Shown: piece after piece, positions 8,389 to 15,977 of the stretch
Layout of the letters: every line of letters begins with the position of its first letter
Position numbering within the stretch: position 1 is the stretch's first letter
From: a virus
Length of the DNA stretch: 25,723 bases
Strand: one strand, 5' to 3'
IMG/VR virus record: IMGVR_UViG_3300029394_000350
Coordinates: 1-25,723 of that record
The notes under the pieces: generated by a model
The model's database searches: none
Told to the model about the DNA's origin: nothing
What the model saw: the letters and a program-made list of their open reading frames with translations, nothing else
Program-made: the position numbers and the translations under genes

Positions 8389-8973
8389 TTACTGGTTGAT
8401 ATAGTCCTTCACCCCTTCCGCAATGGCTTCGGCAATGCGGCCGGGATGGTCCTTCAAAATAGAGGCGTTTTCAGGATTGGTGATGAAGCCGCATTCGCAC
8501 AGCACCCACGGGCAGCGGGTCTTTTTCAGGACGGCGAGGCCCGGGCGCGACTGCACGGTGTTGGCCCGTCCGGGCAGCAACCGGGAAAGAGGTTCCGCGA
8601 TGCATATGGCAAGCCGGCTTCCTTTAACGCTTCCCGGGTAGAAACATACATGGGCGCCATGCGGAGCAGGATTTGGAACGTAAATGAGTTCCTTTCCTTC
8701 GTCTGTTTCAACCGTTTTTTCGGTGCTCGCGCTGTCGCAATGCAGGGAAATGCCGAAGTCATAGCCTCCTTCGTTGGCGACCTTGACGGTGGCGTTCAAG
8801 TCCTGGGAATTGGTCATCTTCGGAAAGTCAATCACATCCACCCGGGCTCCCAGCCGTTCCAGCATGGGGGCGAGGCGTTCGGCGATCGTCGCCGCGACGG
8901 CGTGTTCTTCAAGCCCGTTCCCGCGGGCCCCGGTGTTGTTGGCATGGCCTATATCAATAGCTATTTTCCTGAT
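8389..8973 (-). CDS. N-acetylmuramoyl-L-alanine amidase (Amidase_3-type) endolysin; start codon non-canonical or lost
   Basis: The ORF track begins at ATG 8865, but the same frame is open up to the TAA at 8983-8985. That extension encodes IRKIAIDIGHANNTGARGNGLEEHAVAATIAERLAP, the conserved Amidase_3 N-terminus with the Zn-ligand His and Glu. Downstream are HCDS and the ECGFITN-type motif. There is no in-frame ATG/GTG/TTG upstream of 8865, and AAAGGAG sits just 5' of in-frame ATA/ATC codons. Confidence 0.8.
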   Translation of the reverse strand: MRKIAIDIGHANNTGARGNGLEEHAVAATIAERLAPMLERLGARVDVIDFPKMTNSQDLNATVKVANEGGYDFGISLHCDSASTEKTVETDEGKELIYVPNPAPHGAHVCFYPGSVKGSRLAICIAEPLSRLLPGRANTVQSRPGLAVLKKTRCPWVLCECGFITNPENASILKDHPGRIAEAIAEGVKDYINQ

Positions 8974-9031
8974 TATTCTCCTTTAATGGTTGATTGTTAA
9001 TATGATTGAACTTGTAAGAAAAACTTTACAG

Positions 9032-9286
9032 TTACTGTTTATCCAGACGGCGTTCAATGTTTTCGATGCGAACGGACAAGAGTTGAATGGCTTTGGCGGT
9101 CTCGACCTGCGCCTGCGTCTGCATGGACATCAAGTCAAGAATCCTGTCATTATGGTGTCCCATCACCTCCCCGATGTACCAGCAGGCAGCACCACACGTG
9201 ACCAGCGACAGCATGACGCAGGCCACGAGGGGCGACGTTTTCGCAAAATCCAGGAAATGAGCCGGCACTTCGGAGAGTTTGCACAT
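9032..9286 (-). CDS. Single-TM + coiled-coil membrane protein (holin or Rz-like i-spanin candidate), 84 aa
   Basis: ATG at 9286 lies 2 nt after the upstream stop. TM segment SPLVACVMLSLVTCGAACWYIG, then the amphipathic DRILDLMSMQTQAQVETAKAIQLLSVRIENIERRLDKQ. It sits directly upstream of the amidase. The track's longer start at 9331 is possible. Confidence 0.5.
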   Translation of the reverse strand: MCKLSEVPAHFLDFAKTSPLVACVMLSLVTCGAACWYIGEVMGHHNDRILDLMSMQTQAQVETAKAIQLLSVRIENIERRLDKQ

Positions 9287-9290
9287 GGCC

Positions 9291-9614
9291 TTATTTCTTG
9301 GAGGGGATGACCTGCACGACGGGCGGAACATCCGTAACAGGCTGGGCCTGACTGTAGGAGATATGTCCCGGTTCCAGCACCAGGCAGGAACCGTCCTTGC
9401 ATACCACCGTCTTTTCCGGCGTCACGTCCACGGAATGACCGCAGCCACCCAGCAGAGCGGAAGCCGCATAGGCAGCACCTGCTAGGACTACCCACAAAAG
9501 GCGTTCCCACCACTTCAGGCCGGTTTTAGTTTTGCTTTTTTCGTAGGCATCTTTCATGCCCTGCTTCCCCGCCTCAAGGGCGGCCTGCTTTTGCTCGTCA
9601 CTTAATTTACTCAT
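9291..9614 (-). CDS. Membrane/lipoprotein-like small protein (o-spanin or holin candidate), 107 aa
   Basis: ATG at 9614 overlaps the stop of the upstream gene (ATGAGTAA). Hydrophobic stretch LLWVVLAGAAYAASALLGGC ends in a lipobox-like LGGC, followed by a Pro-rich 49-aa tail. The N-region is unusually long for a signal peptide. Confidence 0.45.
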   Translation of the reverse strand: MSKLSDEQKQAALEAGKQGMKDAYEKSKTKTGLKWWERLLWVVLAGAAYAASALLGGCGHSVDVTPEKTVVCKDGSCLVLEPGHISYSQAQPVTDVPPVVQVIPSKK

Positions 9615-10017
9615 GGTTTTGCTTTGTGAAGTATTTGAAAAAATCCACGGCGGCAGGGTCGGTAACAATGAACTCCGGGTAATCACGGGAAGTGAACACC
9701 CTCCGCCCGCCCTGCGGATTGACGGCCTCAACGGTCAGTTCCACGGCTTCCTCCGTCCGCATCGGGTCATCCTCCTCCGGAGCGTAAAACTCTTTCAGCC
9801 GTGCCCACACCTGCACCGCCTGCCAGTCCTCACCCATGCCCACCAGCGCGGCAACTACGGCGGCCATTGCCGGGGCATGGTCCGCTGGTATCTCGTCCTG
9901 CGTATAGCGCGCCGGAGGTCTATATCCGCCCTTGTCCTGATAAATGGGCGTCAGAGTGAATTCCTGCCATGTTCCAGGCTTCGGAAACTGAATTTGTATT
10001 TCTGCGTCGTTCATCAT
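9607..10017 (-). CDS. Hypothetical protein, 136 aa (possible fibre-associated/assembly protein by position)
   Basis: Its ATG overlaps the fibre stop (TAATG). No recognisable motif. Confidence 0.5.
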   Translation of the reverse strand: MMNDAEIQIQFPKPGTWQEFTLTPIYQDKGGYRPPARYTQDEIPADHAPAMAAVVAALVGMGEDWQAVQVWARLKEFYAPEEDDPMRTEEAVELTVEAVNPQGGRRVFTSRDYPEFIVTDPAAVDFFKYFTKQNHE

Positions 10018-11951
10018 TAGAGAGGTATGTTAATGTCCACAAAATCTGCCGTTTCCTCGGATTCAATGGCATTCGTTCCTATCGCGTCCAACCCGTAGAA
10101 AAGCGGGTTGATATTCCCCGGCTGGTAATAGGCATATTCGCCGGGCCCGGCGTTAACGGCTGCCGTTCCGCTGGTGGTGTTGATCACGTCCGTCACCCAC
10201 CTGGAAATGCCGACGCCAGTCTCAAAATTGGAGACGCCGCGGCAGGTGGCAATTTTGTACAGGTTGTTGGTTTGCGCTCCCGTGACCATCAGCCATAGCC
10301 CTCCCAGGTTTTCATAAACGCTGCTGCTGGCAACCGCCTGCTGCTGGTAAATAATCTTGCAGACCGTCCACGGGATGGGTTCGTTATGTGCCGCAGGAAT
10401 AAAACTGGTCGTCGTCTTGACCTGCCACCCATCCGTGGAATTGAGCGCGTAAATCTCACGTACGCGCACCGTATAGCCGTTGCGGGCCGTGTCTCTCACA
10501 TTGTCAAAGGTGATGTCCAGAATCTCCCCGAAATTAAAGGCCAGGCCATTGCCGGGAATAATCGTGTAGGAATCCGTGGTCAGGTCCGTCCTGATTGTTT
10601 TCGCTCCGCGCCCGAAGCCCATCGTCACCTTCGCGGCTGCAGTGGATCTCCAGACAAACGAAAAGCCGGCCCAGGAAGAGTAATTCCATTGGGAAGAGGG
10701 ACCTTCAAAGGGAGCCTGAATGGTGGTGTGAGCTCCCGCGGGAATACCGATGCGGGCCATCTGCCAGGGAACCGTTTTAGTAATTGTCGCCGTCCCGGTC
10801 GTGGTCAGGGAGTCCGTATTCAGAAACGCGGCTGCCGTATAAATATTGGACGCACCTCCCATTCCCGCGGCATAAAGCCGGTTGACGCCGGATTCGCTGG
10901 TGGGAGCGCCCACAGCCAGCGGGACATTGATCCCGCCATTGGCGTTGACGGTGCTTGAAAACGTGGACGCCCCCGCGCAGTTGAAGCTGGCGCCCTGGGA
11001 AATATTCAGGATGCCGGATTCTACCATGAATGTCCCTCGCAGCCAGCCGCCCGATTGGAGATCAACGGACTGATAAAACCGGGTGATTCCGTAAATCTGG
11101 TTCAGGGTCCCGGCGCTTCCGCTTCCGTCCGGGTTGTTGACGACCAGAGGCCCGTTGATAGTAGCCGATTCAGCGGTCAGGGCTCCCCCGATGTTGACGT
11201 CGCCGACGTTGGACGTCAGCGTCCCGGGCTCTCCCTTTTCCCCTTGTAGTCCCTGGGGTCCTGCCGGACCTTCCGGGCCCTGGGGGCCCTCCGGGCCTTG
11301 AGGCCCCGCCGGTCCTGTATCTCCCTTCGGTCCCTGCTCCCCGGTTTCGCCCTGCGGCCCGCGTTCCCCGGTTTCGCCGCGTGGACCTTGCGGCCCTTCG
11401 GGGCCGGTTTCTCCACGTTCACCCTGCGGGCCTGACGGTCCCTGAGGACCAACATCCCCGCGGGGAATCGTGAAATTGAGCAGATAGGATCCCACTTCGG
11501 ACCCCTTGACGGCTTCCGCGTTGGCGGGCGTCCCCGGTTCCCCGGTGGTGACCTGACCCACGGACAGATTAAAATTCTCGGCGTACTTTTTGGCCTGCTC
11601 CGCGTACCAGGCGGCGCTGGACGCGTTGTCAAGCATGACCTGCACGCATCCGCTTCCTTCCGGCAGCTGCACGACGACCGCGCCCGCCACGGCCTGCTGT
11701 TCGTCCGGCAAGTCAGGCGTTACACGGCCCGCAGAAACAAAGCATCCGTAGAGCAGCGGTCTTTCCTCGTTTCCGTCGTCCATGAAGACGTCGTAGGACC
11801 ACCTGCCCGCAGGCACCGAAGCCCAGGAAAGCACGCCGTTACCCTCATCGTCGCGGGAAAAGCCGAACTCGGCGACGCCTGTCTTGAGACGGACAGCGCC
11901 GCGGAGGGTGACGCCGTTCATGTCGACGGGATCCCCCTGAAAATCTACCAC
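10017..11951 (-). CDS. Collagen-like tail/side fibre protein (644 aa from the GTG in the track)
   Basis: 26 uninterrupted G-X-Y triplets ([19 protein letters not shown]...GEKGEPG) flanked by a beta-rich N-domain and a ~400-aa C-terminal domain. The coding signal appears to continue upstream of the GTG ([17 protein letters not shown]). Confidence 0.85.
   Translation of the reverse strand: MVDFQGDPVDMNGVTLRGAVRLKTGVAEFGFSRDDEGNGVLSWASVPAGRWSYDVFMDDGNEERPLLYGCFVSAGRVTPDLPDEQQAVAGAVVVQLPEGSGCVQVMLDNASSAAWYAEQAKKYAENFNLSVGQVTTGEPGTPANAEAVKGSEVGSYLLNFTIPRGDVGPQGPSGPQGERGETGPEGPQGPRGETGERGPQGETGEQGPKGDTGPAGPQGPEGPQGPEGPAGPQGLQGEKGEPGTLTSNVGDVNIGGALTAESATINGPLVVNNPDGSGSAGTLNQIYGITRFYQSVDLQSGGWLRGTFMVESGILNISQGASFNCAGASTFSSTVNANGGINVPLAVGAPTSESGVNRLYAAGMGGASNIYTAAAFLNTDSLTTTGTATITKTVPWQMARIGIPAGAHTTIQAPFEGPSSQWNYSSWAGFSFVWRSTAAAKVTMGFGRGAKTIRTDLTTDSYTIIPGNGLAFNFGEILDITFDNVRDTARNGYTVRVREIYALNSTDGWQVKTTTSFIPAAHNEPIPWTVCKIIYQQQAVASSSVYENLGGLWLMVTGAQTNNLYKIATCRGVSNFETGVGISRWVTDVINTTSGTAAVNAGPGEYAYYQPGNINPLFYGLDAIGTNAIESEETADFVDINIPL
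11226..11459 (-). repeat. Collagen triple-helix (G-X-Y)x26 coding repeat
   Basis: Counted directly from the translation, residues 165-242 of the fibre ORF. It generates shadow ORFs in the other frames. Confidence 0.9.
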
Positions 11952-12034
11952 ACGGACGACCAGCGACTGGTTCAGCCCCGTGACGGTCCGGATATCGTAT
12001 TTGCCTGCCTGCTGCCTGGGAAAAAAGAGGATGC

Positions 12035-12053
12035 GGGGGCGCAGCGCGCCCCC
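12035..12053 (-). promoter_or_regulatory. GC hairpin 12 nt downstream of the UGA of the 196-aa gene
   Basis: Minus strand: GGGGGCGC-GCU-GCGCCCCC, a perfect 8-bp stem. UUUUUU begins only 8 nt after the stem, so it is not a canonical intrinsic terminator. Confidence 0.6.
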
Positions 12054-12065
12054 TGGTGAAACGCG

Positions 12066-12656
12066 TCAGGAACCCGGAGTCGGCGTCACGTCCTGCACAT
12101 TGGAGGGCGTGAACTGGTACTTGCCGCGGTAATCCATTTCGAACTCGAACTGTGGTGAAGCAATCGCCGTGGTGTGCTCAGGGTCCTGCAGCAGGCGCAA
12201 GGCGCCATGCGCCGTTCCGACCAGATAGATCGTGCCGACGTCGTTTTGGTACCAGAAATGAAGATACCCTTCGATCTTGTTGTCGCCGCCATGTCCGACG
12301 GTGGTCGATTCCTCGCCATTAGCGGGAGGCGCTCCCAGGGCGAAAGACAGCTGGAACCATTCGGGAGACATGTCCGGCGTGGTGAAGGTCATCCGCTTTC
12401 CGGTCGTCGTGTTCTTGCGCTGCTGGCGATATCCCAGCGCGCCGCCGTAAAAGCGCGTTACTTCCCCTTCGACCTGGGTGGCAACGGATTGGAAAGCCCC
12501 CAAAAGCCCGAAACTCACCCAGGGCTGTTCAGGCCCGGCTGTCGGATCGGCGGGCGGAGCCGTGGGAGGCGTCGGAAACTGGTCCGGTCCGGTGACGTAA
12601 GAAGCTCCCTCGTCTTCGGTCACTTTGATGCCGTCGGGGAGGAAAATCGCCAGCAC
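12066..12656 (-). CDS. Virion structural protein, possibly major tail (tube) protein, 196 aa from GTG
   Basis: ORF follows the connector/neck genes and precedes the fibre. The frame stays open upstream of the GTG (ATTYEPTFTNRNVTPQITG...). It ends in TGA-C. Function is assigned by position only. Confidence 0.4.
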   Translation of the reverse strand: MLAIFLPDGIKVTEDEGASYVTGPDQFPTPPTAPPADPTAGPEQPWVSFGLLGAFQSVATQVEGEVTRFYGGALGYRQQRKNTTTGKRMTFTTPDMSPEWFQLSFALGAPPANGEESTTVGHGGDNKIEGYLHFWYQNDVGTIYLVGTAHGALRLLQDPEHTTAIASPQFEFEMDYRGKYQFTPSNVQDVTPTPGS

Positions 12657-12730
12657 GCCGGTAATCTGCGGCGTGACGTTGCGGTTCGTGAATGTGGGTT
12701 CGTATGTAGTTGCCCTGGTGCTTGAAATGG

Positions 12731-12928
12731 TTAGTAGATGATGGATGCCTTGCCGTCGGCTTCCAGTTTATCAGCGAGTTCTTTTGTAGCACGGATGCGC
12801 GCCCCTTTCAAGAAGGTTGAGCGCCCTATCCTCACTTCTTTGGCGAGAATGAGAATGTTCGTGTCGATGACGGCGGCCTGCTCCGTCTTCTTCTCCGGTT
12901 CGGTGTTGGCTGCAGTTGCTTTGCTCAT
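12731..12928 (-). CDS. Hypothetical small virion-module protein, 65 aa
   Basis: Its ATG overlaps the upstream stop (ATGA). No motif recognised. Confidence 0.45.
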   Translation of the reverse strand: MSKATAANTEPEKKTEQAAVIDTNILILAKEVRIGRSTFLKGARIRATKELADKLEADGKASIIY

Positions 12929-13188
12929 TTGATGTCAACGAGGTTGAGGGTGGACAGAGCTTCCGCGACGGGCGCGGGAAGTTCCGGGGTGTCGGTTTTC
13001 ATGGAGAGGCTGAGAACCAGCCCTCCGTCCAGTTCGGTGCGAGTGCGAATGACCCGCACGGCCTTCTTGTCAGTTGTTTTCTTCTTTTCGTCCGGTGCGG
13101 ACGGCGTTTTGCCGGCGGTTTCGGAAGATTCGTCCGGCTTCGGGGCGCTCTTCCGCACGGCCTTCTTGTCAGTTGTTGATGTGTTCAT
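12925..13188 (-). CDS. Hypothetical basic/disordered small protein with internal duplication, 87 aa
   Basis: ATG ORF. TTDKKAVR occurs twice 33 residues apart, encoded by an exact 25-nt repeat. Confidence 0.45.
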   Translation of the reverse strand: MNTSTTDKKAVRKSAPKPDESSETAGKTPSAPDEKKKTTDKKAVRVIRTRTELDGGLVLSLSMKTDTPELPAPVAEALSTLNLVDIK

Positions 13189-13696
13189 TGAATTGCGGAT
13201 GGTTTCTCATGTTAATATTAACCGGGACACGGTAATCCACGGTCAAAACGTTCATTTGCCTCTTCTCGCCGTCAATGATGGCGGAGGAGGAAAAACGGCC
13301 TTTGATTTTGGGTTTCATCATCGCCGGTGCGGAAAAGGGAAGAGGATTCCAGTTCCACAGGGCTTCTTCAATCACGTCCCCCACCGCCCGAAGATAATAA
13401 TCAGGCGTCAGGCATGCCGCCGGGAACAGGGATGCGTTGTGATAAATGGAGGCGATGATGAAATACTGACGCCACATCGTCGGCGCTTCCGTTTGTCCGT
13501 TCCCGTCCTGGTATTCTGCCGCGTCCCCGGGGCACACCAAAACGACGCCGTTGTTTCCCATCGCCGACATGATGATGTCATTGGCGGCGTACTGTGGGTC
13601 GAAGGGCCGTTCGAAGATGTGACAGTTCAGCGCTCCCAGGTTCTTCAGGCGCTCAATGATGCGCCGGCACATGGTCTGGTCGATGGAGGGGATCAT
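13169..13696 (-). CDS. Neck/tail-completion-position protein (Mu gp37/DUF1834-like by position), 175 aa
   Basis: Best start is ATG 13696, overlapping the upstream TGA (ATGA). The track's longer 13801 start overlaps the previous gene. The family call is weak. Confidence 0.45.
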   Translation of the reverse strand: MIPSIDQTMCRRIIERLKNLGALNCHIFERPFDPQYAANDIIMSAMGNNGVVLVCPGDAAEYQDGNGQTEAPTMWRQYFIIASIYHNASLFPAACLTPDYYLRAVGDVIEEALWNWNPLPFSAPAMMKPKIKGRFSSSAIIDGEKRQMNVLTVDYRVPVNINMRNHPQFNEHINN

Positions 13697-14358
13697 GGTT
13701 CGTTTCCGATGTTGGCAAGGTAGGTTTCCGCGGCGCGCTGCGCCATCCGGTCCATCGTCGGGAGAATTCCCGGCGTGGGCGGGATCGTGACTTCGCGGCA
13801 CAGCACGTAGAGCACGTCGCCCGTTCTGGCTCCCTGGCGGAACAGTTTGCGGGCCGCTTTCTTTCCGGTGGCTGATTGCGCCGTCTTGAGGATGAGGACG
13901 CCGGTCACATTGCCGTTGCGTCCTCCGTTCTTGGAGGGGATGAATTGCAAGTCCTCTTTGCGGAAGCCGGCGCTGTAAATGCTTCGGGCCCCGCCATGGC
14001 CGCGGGGGGCGTTGATGGTGGGGATAGCCAGGGCCCGGATCGGGTTCCCGGTGATTTCCGAGGTGCGCCCCGTGGGGCGAAGCGGCCCGCCCAGATAACC
14101 CTGCGTGCCGATCCAGTGAAGACCGATGCCGCTCCAGGCGATGGAGACGCTGACGCCCTCGGCGGTTTCTTCCATGGTCGTGGCGTCCGCCGCGCCGTCG
14201 TAGTAGTCCTTGCCCTGCTGGCGCAGGGTTTCCTGAATGAGCAGGCTCAGGGCGACGCCGGCCTTGCGGATGGCGGTTTTGTGCCGGGCCGCGGACGGCT
14301 CCATGTCGGCAAACGCCCGGTCAATCTCGGACTGGTCGATGTGGACGGTTACAGCCAT
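13693..14358 (-). CDS. Hypothetical virion morphogenesis/neck protein, 221 aa
   Basis: ATG ORF overlapping the upstream stop by 10 nt, within the head-tail joining block. Confidence 0.45.
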   Translation of the reverse strand: MAVTVHIDQSEIDRAFADMEPSAARHKTAIRKAGVALSLLIQETLRQQGKDYYDGAADATTMEETAEGVSVSIAWSGIGLHWIGTQGYLGGPLRPTGRTSEITGNPIRALAIPTINAPRGHGGARSIYSAGFRKEDLQFIPSKNGGRNGNVTGVLILKTAQSATGKKAARKLFRQGARTGDVLYVLCREVTIPPTPGILPTMDRMAQRAAETYLANIGNEP

Positions 14359-15485
14359 TTGGAGGGTAAAACGTAAGGGGTGGGCAGTTCCACGCGGAGA
14401 GCTCCGGCAACGTCTTCCACTTTCTTGACGTGCCCGGAGGTAAGGCGCCAGGTGAATTCCCCCTCTTCCTTCCGGGATACGTGGATATACTGGCGGGAGG
14501 ACGCGGCGGCCACGTCTGCGGGCCGGGCGTACCAGACGCCTTCCGGCTCGGAGGACAGGCGGTCCAGCAGGCGGTCCAGGTAGAGGGCCGCCAGCGTTCC
14601 GGCCACGGCTCCCCCGGCTGCCGCCAGGCGGAAGGCCTGGGCCTGCCGCAAGGGGATCTCTTCCGGGAAATCCCCGGACAGGACTTCCGCCAGTTCCGCG
14701 TCCGTGTAAGGGCGCGTGCCGTTCGGGTCCGTGTAGGTAAAGGTGGTATCGCCGTCGTTCCCGGTCTTGACGCGCACGGCGTCTTTCAGGATGCGGCGGA
14801 TCTTGTTCCTGTTGGATTCCGTCACGCCTTTGGCGTTGCTTTCCAAGGTGGCGTTGAAGCTGGCGGGAGCGGGACGGACGCGCGACACGTCCAGACCGGC
14901 CGCGCGGGCTTCTTCGGCGCCCACGGGGGCAATGTTCATGCCGGACAGGTAGTCAAAGGGCGGGTAAGGCGTGCCGAACCGCGAGAGACGCACCCAAATA
15001 TCGGAGGCCGCCAGTGCATAGCCGACAGTTTCTCCGCGGATGAAGCCGGATGATACCGCTTCCGTGGCTTCTTCTTCCAGTCCGACCCGGGCACGGTTCC
15101 AGCGTTCGGCCCAATAGCGCGGGTCTTCCCGCCCCTGGGATCGGTAAAATTTGAAGGCGGCCGTGTCTTCGTCCTGAGTCCAGTTGTACCAGTTCCGGTA
15201 GCCGTGGGCCATGGCCGCGTTTGTTTCCATAACAACCTGGATGCGGACCCAGGAGGACAAATCCTGAATGCCTCCCTGCCCCGTCGCCGGGGGGCGGTAA
15301 CCCTGCTGGCGCAGGGTTTCGCGGATGGCCCGCTGCGCTTCCTCGTAGCTCAAGGCCCCCGAGGCGACCTGGGACGCCTTGTCCTCAAAATCGGACAGGA
15401 TGACGCCGGGTTCCACCCCGGACACGAAGAAGGCGCGTTCGGCGTAGTCGTTGGCAATCATCTCCATTTGGGCGGCGGTCATCAT
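14349..15485 (-). CDS. Virion/head-morphogenesis-associated protein, 378 aa (weak Mu F / SPP1 gp7-like features)
   Basis: Start taken at ATGATG 15485/15482, overlapping the upstream TGA (ATGATGA). The track's 15704 start would overlap the previous gene by more than 200 nt. The family assignment is tentative. Confidence 0.45.
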   Translation of the reverse strand: MMTAAQMEMIANDYAERAFFVSGVEPGVILSDFEDKASQVASGALSYEEAQRAIRETLRQQGYRPPATGQGGIQDLSSWVRIQVVMETNAAMAHGYRNWYNWTQDEDTAAFKFYRSQGREDPRYWAERWNRARVGLEEEATEAVSSGFIRGETVGYALAASDIWVRLSRFGTPYPPFDYLSGMNIAPVGAEEARAAGLDVSRVRPAPASFNATLESNAKGVTESNRNKIRRILKDAVRVKTGNDGDTTFTYTDPNGTRPYTDAELAEVLSGDFPEEIPLRQAQAFRLAAAGGAVAGTLAALYLDRLLDRLSSEPEGVWYARPADVAAASSRQYIHVSRKEEGEFTWRLTSGHVKKVEDVAGALRVELPTPYVLPSKWL

Positions 15486-15958
15486 CGGTAGGTGCTTCGC
15501 ATGGGGTTGAACCAGGGTCGGCGCGTGTAGCGCGGCATCATGTAGGCGGGATCCGCGGGCGCGGAACCGTCCACGCTTTCCGGCAGCATGTCCCCTTTGG
15601 CGTAGAGCGCCAGCATCGCGTCCGCCGATTCGGCGGTCTTCTGGCGCGTCTCGGTCAGGTTGAGCTGGTAGCGCAGGTAGAGCTGCCGGATGATCAGCGG
15701 CCATGCCAGAGACCGCATGCTTTGCGGGATGTCGTACATCCCGCTGTTCTGGAGCGATTGCCGCAGGGCGAGGTTGTTGGCCAGCGCCCCGCGGATGGTC
15801 ATGCAGACATCGTTGACCGCCTCCATCATGACGTCCCGGTAGTCCAGGCTGCGCTGCTCCCCGGCGGTCACCAGGGCGTCGCGTTCGGCGGTGTTGAGAC
15901 CGAGCAGCCGATCGGCTTCATCGGTGGAAATCGAGGACCAGGCAGGAAAGGCGGACAT
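15482..15958 (-). CDS. Head-tail connector-position protein (DUF1320/Mu gp36-like by position), 158 aa
   Basis: ATG lies 16 nt after the capsid stop. Size and position fit a head completion protein. Confidence 0.45.
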   Translation of the reverse strand: MSAFPAWSSISTDEADRLLGLNTAERDALVTAGEQRSLDYRDVMMEAVNDVCMTIRGALANNLALRQSLQNSGMYDIPQSMRSLAWPLIIRQLYLRYQLNLTETRQKTAESADAMLALYAKGDMLPESVDGSAPADPAYMMPRYTRRPWFNPMRSTYR

Positions 15959-15977
15959 GATGGAGGCGGGGTTGGGG

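Noticed and set aside
11448-11456. RGD tripeptide ([10 protein letters not shown]) at the start of the collagen region as an integrin-binding motif.
   Set aside because: A three-residue motif is expected by chance in a 644-aa protein. Here it simply forms the entry into the G-X-Y register.
11216-11632. 138-aa minus-strand ORF overlapping the collagen repeat region.
   Set aside because: It is an alternative frame of the G-X-Y coding repeat. GGN/CCN-rich repeats stay open in several frames, and the product is a Pro/Arg/Lys low-complexity string.
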